NCBI GenBank assembly: GCA_026026165.1
Contig: JAPEUD010000021.1
Span: forward strand, 1-64,000
Source: Sarea resinae
Lineage: Eukaryota
DNA: 64,000 nt
Reading direction: 5' to 3'
In this document: positions 59,335 through 64,000 of the stretch, in pieces
Layout of the letters: each line of letters starts with the position of its first letter
How positions within the stretch are numbered: the stretch's first letter is position 1
Notes under the pieces: generated by a model
Databases searched by the model: none
What the model was told of the DNA's origin: nothing
Seen by the model: only the letters and a program-made list of their open reading frames with translations
Translations under genes and position numbers: made by a program

Positions 59335-61611
59335 ATGGCTGCTGCAAGCCAAGATGGCGCTCCTCACAATGATCCGCTCTCGATGCGGAGAGCAACGGGC
59401 TACATGCCGGTAAGTCAGCGTCGATGCGGCGTGCCTGGCTGACACGAAAAGATCGAGAATTATGGCCTCATCGGGAACATGAGGACTTGTGCAATGGTCG
59501 GCGTGGATGGCGGTTTGGACTACATGTGCTGGTGAGATCATCACCTTTGCTCTGATTTCCGCTCAATGAAACAGGCCTGAATTCGACTCCCCCTCGATAT
59601 TTTGCCGTCTCTTGGACAAGCAAAAAGGCGGTCATTTCAGTATTGGACCTCCGCAAGATGTCACGCCAACGACGAAACAACAATATCTCCCCAGCAGCAA
59701 TATACTACGGACGCGCTATTTCCACGACACAGGAGTGGTGAATCTCCTTGATTTCTTTCCTCGTCCACGCGCCATATCTCTACCGATCCCTAGCCCCGGC
59801 GGCGGCGCGCATACCGTCAAAGGAGATCTTAAGAAATGGCTGGTGAGAAGAGTGGAATGCATGCGTGGTGTAGTGGACCTCAACGTCGAACTCTTCCCGG
59901 CATTCAACTATGCTCAAGATCAACACACCACCAAAGTCTTCGGTCAAAGTCAGGGGCCCCATTCTCCATCTCCTATGGTCTTGTTCAAGAGCAAAGACCA
60001 AGAGCTACAACTCGACGTGACAATCGATTGTGGTGAGAGCAACGACGAGTCTTGTCCCCTCGTAAAATTTCAAAAGGAATTTCGATCGCCTCATCTTGGA
60101 GAAGGTGTTGTGACGAGCATTCGACTACTCGAAGGACAAGCAGTGTCTTTTATCCTTCGAGATCGTTCCGAGGATCGGCTCACAAAAGAGGAAATAGACC
60201 GAGTACAGCACGAGACGGAAAGCTTTTGGTTTCAGTGGATCTCAAAGAGCAAGTACACGGGCCGTTGGCGTGAGGTGGTCGCTCGAAGTTTGCTCACCCT
60301 CAAATTACTCACTTACGAACCTACTGGAGCCATTGTTGCCGCTGCTACTTTTTCCATTCCCGAACATTTCGGCGGAACGAGAAATTGGGATTATAGGTAT
60401 TGCTGGGTTCGAGATAGCTCGTTCACCGTGTACATTCTCCTACGCATGGGCTTTACAGAAGAAGCGGAAGCCTACATGGGGTTTATTACGGAGCGGATCA
60501 AATATTCACGCTCCAAAGATGGCGCGTTGCCTATCATGTTCAGCATCAGGTATGAACTGCTCATCACGATAGCATCACTGCTGACGTTTGCAGGGGTGAA
60601 ACAGATCTGAAAGAGATTGAACTTTCTCACATGGAAGGTTATCGAGGCAGTCAACCCGTTCGCATTGGAAACGGGGCAGCTTTCCACAAACAGCTCGACA
60701 TTTACGGTGAGCTTCTGGATGCCATCTATCTCTACAACAAATACGGTAAACCGATCTCGTGGGATCAATGGGTTGCCGTCCGAGAGATTATCGACTACGT
60801 CTCAGGGATCTGGCACGAAGAAGACATGTCCATCTGGGAGACTCGGGGACAGGTGCGCTTTTCCTAAATCACTTGCCAATACTCATGAAAATAGAAACAA
60901 AATTTCGTGTACTCCAAAGTCATGCTGTGGGTTGCATTCGACCGCGCCATTCGCCTGGCCGACAAACGTTGCCTTCCTTGCCCTCACCGCGCGCAATGGC
61001 TCTCTACGCGCGATCAAATATACGAAGAAGTAATGGCCCGCGCCTTCAATCCAAAAATCAACTGTTTCATTCAGAGCTACGAGAGCAATGACATCCTGGA
61101 CGCTGCCGTGCTCGTGATGCCATTGGTCTTCTTCATCGCGCCGAATGATCCACGATTCACTGGGACAATCGATCAGATTTTGAAGCCGCCAGAAAAGGGC
61201 GGATTGACCAGCACGGGGCTTGTATACCGATACAACTTTCTCGAAAGCAACGATGGTGAGCCAATTTCCCCCATCGATTTCGCAATGCTAAACAACAGCA
61301 GGGGTTGGTGGTCAAGAGGGCTCATTCAGCATGTGTGGCTTCTGGCTCGTCGAAGCATTGACCAGGGTATGTCGGCATACAACAAAAGAAAACTTCTAAT
61401 TCATCTCCAGGCCGGCGCATACGATAAGAAATATCTGATCAAAGCCGTAACGTTATTCGAGAACATGCTATCATTTTCGAACCATCTAAGCATGTTCTCC
61501 GAGGAGATTGCTCGCTCAGGGGAACAACTAGGCAACACGCCGCAAGCCTTTAGTCACCTTGCTTTGATCAGTGCGGCGTTTAATCTCGACCGTACGACGT
61601 CGGGCAATTAG
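59335..61611 (+). CDS. Glycoside hydrolase family 15 (glucoamylase/trehalase-like), multi-exon
   Basis: IENYGLIGNMRTCA, FDSPSIF, TGAIVAAATFSIPE..GGTRNWDYRYCWVRD, PVRIGNGA..QLDIYGE, SIWETRG and LGNTPQAFSHLALI motifs. Confidence 0.93.
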
Positions 61612-61913
61612 CAGTAGATTCGGGCCGGACGTTGGCGTCGGAGTTGGAGTACTGGAATGGAATTAGGAGGTTCTGTGTTTTGGCTAGCGGGTAGATACAT
61701 CCAATATGAGCAACAAAAGTAATACATATAATGAGTTGTTCCTGTGTTTGTCCTCGAAATTGGTGGCAGAAGCGATTGCATTCCCGGGTCAGATCGAGAT
61801 CGTGCACGGACTCCATCAGCGCGTCATTGAACGCGAGATCGACAGGGTCCAGATGAGAGCTTCGTACCTCTCCGGATTGAAGATTACAGATTCGTAATTG
61901 TTGCGGCGATGAG

Positions 61914-64000
61914 ATGTCGCCTCGTACGAAAAAGCCACAGCCTCCCGTCGCCCTCGAATCATCAAGCTCTGACCTTTCGTCGGTGCCAGACGTCTCCGAC
62001 GCGGCCGAGTCGAGCGAAAACAACACGACCCGAGACGCGAATAGCACGGCTGCTTCTTCAGGCGCCGCCAACGGCTCAAGCCAGACGATCAAACGCACAC
62101 GAAAACAACCTGCAGAGGAAGCCGTCGAAGCCGTGATACACTCGGAACGCACGAAGAGGCCGCTGAGAGGATCAAGGACGAAGACTGAACAAGTGAAACA
62201 TGAGACGGTTTCCGCAGACAGCACAGTTGCCACAAGGACTATGAGACAAAAGGCCACGACGAACGGCGTCAACGGCCATCTACGGCGCCAAAAGGACGCA
62301 TTGGTTACCGGCTCTTCAACAGCCAAGCAAGGCAGAGGACAAGGGCTGAGAAAAGCGGACAGCAAAGACATCAAGATCGAACACGAAGAAGCAGACGTCG
62401 AGGTCGCCAAGGTATCGCCGAGGAAGAAAAGGCAAGTCAAGGCCAAGGTTGAGGTCGACGAGGACGAGGAAGCCAGCGAAGAAGCGCCCAAGAAGAAGAA
62501 ACGAAAGACGAAAGAGGAAAAAGAGGCAGATGCCATGCCGATCGCCTCACGAGCAACAGGCCTGAGCGTCTTCATCGGTGCCCACGTCAGTGCTGCCAAG
62601 GGTGTGTAATATCGCGAGACCACCCCTTCAAGCGCATGCTCATCACTTCATCAGGCGTACAAAACGCAGTGACGAATAGCGTTCATATCGGGTGAGTGAG
62701 CCAGCTATGCCGTCTGATCTTGCTTCGTATCAATTCTAACACGGCCATTCCAGCGCCAACGCATTCGCGCTTTTCCTGAAATCACAGCGGAAATGGGAGA
62801 ATCCGCCCCTCAAAGACGAGCATCTGGATCAATTCAAGATGTTCTGCCAGGACCACAAATACGACAGCGCGAAGTGAGTGGTCTATACTCGCTCTTTCCA
62901 CTAGCCCGACATTCCGGCTAACAAGATTTGAAGACACGTCGTGCCGCACGGGTCGTATCTAGTCAACCTGGCGCAATCGGACCCGACGAAAGCGAAGCAA
63001 GCGTACGACGCATTCGTCGACGACCTTCAACGCTGCGAGCGTCTCGGGGTCGGGCTATACAACTTCCAGTAAGACAGCTTTATTCCATAGTCACCATTCA
63101 AACTGACCATGCATCTATCCTCACTCAGCCCGGGCAACACGAACTCGCTCCCGCGTGCCGAGGCCATTGGCCGCATAGCCGCACAGCTCAATCGCGCCCA
63201 CGCGGCCACTAGCTCCGTCGTCACGCTGCTCGAGACCATGGCGGGCGGCGGCAATGTGATTGGGTCTACGTTTGAGGACCTGCGCGATATCATTGCGCTG
63301 GTGGACGACAAGGAGCGCGTCGGCGTGTGTCTGGATACATGTCATGTTTTCGTACGTCTCCCGTTTCTCCTTTCTCCTTTTTCCTTGTTTATTCTCCTTT
63401 CTTCTTTGTCCTTCCTTCATTTTCTTTTCTCCTTTCCCCGCTTCTCTCTCTGTTCTCACGCCGTCACTCTTCGCAAATAAATGCAAACAGCCCACCACCC
63501 AGAAGTTACGAAAGCTAACACGGCACCCTCGAACCAGGCAGCAGGATACGACCTCCATCCACCACACGGGCTACCCAAGACCCTCGCGCACTTCGCCAGC
63601 ACGCTCGGCCTGTCCAACCTCCGAGCGATCCACCTCAACGACTCCAAAGCGCCCCTGGGCTCGCACCGCGACCTGCACGCGAACATCGGCACGGGCTTCC
63701 TCGGCCTGCGCACCTTCCACGCCATCATGAACCACGCCGCCTTCCGGGGCCTGCCGATGGTGCTGGAGACGCCGATCACGGTCAAGCGCGACGCTGCTGC
63801 CGGCGGAAGCGGCACCGGCAAGGAAGAAGAAGACAAGGGCATCTGGGCACGCGAGATCAAGCTCCTCGAGGGCCTGGTGGGTATGGATGTTGAGAGTGAG
63901 GCTTTCAGGGTCGTGGAGCGCGAGTTGTGGGATAGTGGACGGGTGGAACGAGAGAGGATTCTCGGGCAGGTGGAGAGGAAGAGGGAGAAGGATGGCGAGA
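61914..64000 (+). CDS. APN1: AP endonuclease 1 (endonuclease IV family), runs off the window end
   Basis: [82 protein letters not shown] and PMVLETP motifs. Confidence 0.95.

Overview
Left end of a filamentous ascomycete chromosome (spliceosomal introns, RIP-like mutation). Four zones. (1) A (CCCTAA)20 telomere joined directly, in frame, to the middle of a multi-LysM gene, which suggests a healed chromosome break. (2) A subtelomeric secondary-metabolite cluster at about 2.8-23.6 kb: NAD(P)H quinone oxidoreductase, two MFS transporters, a trimodular NRPS (C*-A-T-E-C-C*-A-T-C-A-T-CT) and a serine beta-lactamase-family peptidase. The cluster carries several inactivating lesions. (3) An accessory region at about 24.5-48 kb. 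Its 24.5-40.3 kb part is an island of orphan genes: a long coiled-coil protein, a GIY-YIG-like protein, three tandem decayed Upf1/DNA2-like SF1 helicase paralogs and RIP-damaged genes. About 15 copies of one covarying stem-loop (sense consensus UGUGRGGYY-loop-RRCUUCGCA-GUUUCG) sit upstream of five of these genes, always on the gene's sense strand, singly or in spaced arrays. This island is the best candidate for an undescribed system. (4) Conserved housekeeping genes from about 49.6 kb: RBM42-like RRM protein, 6-phosphogluconate dehydrogenase, LSM12-like, TPT-family transporter, GH15, APN1. All calls come from reading motifs by eye; no database searches were run.
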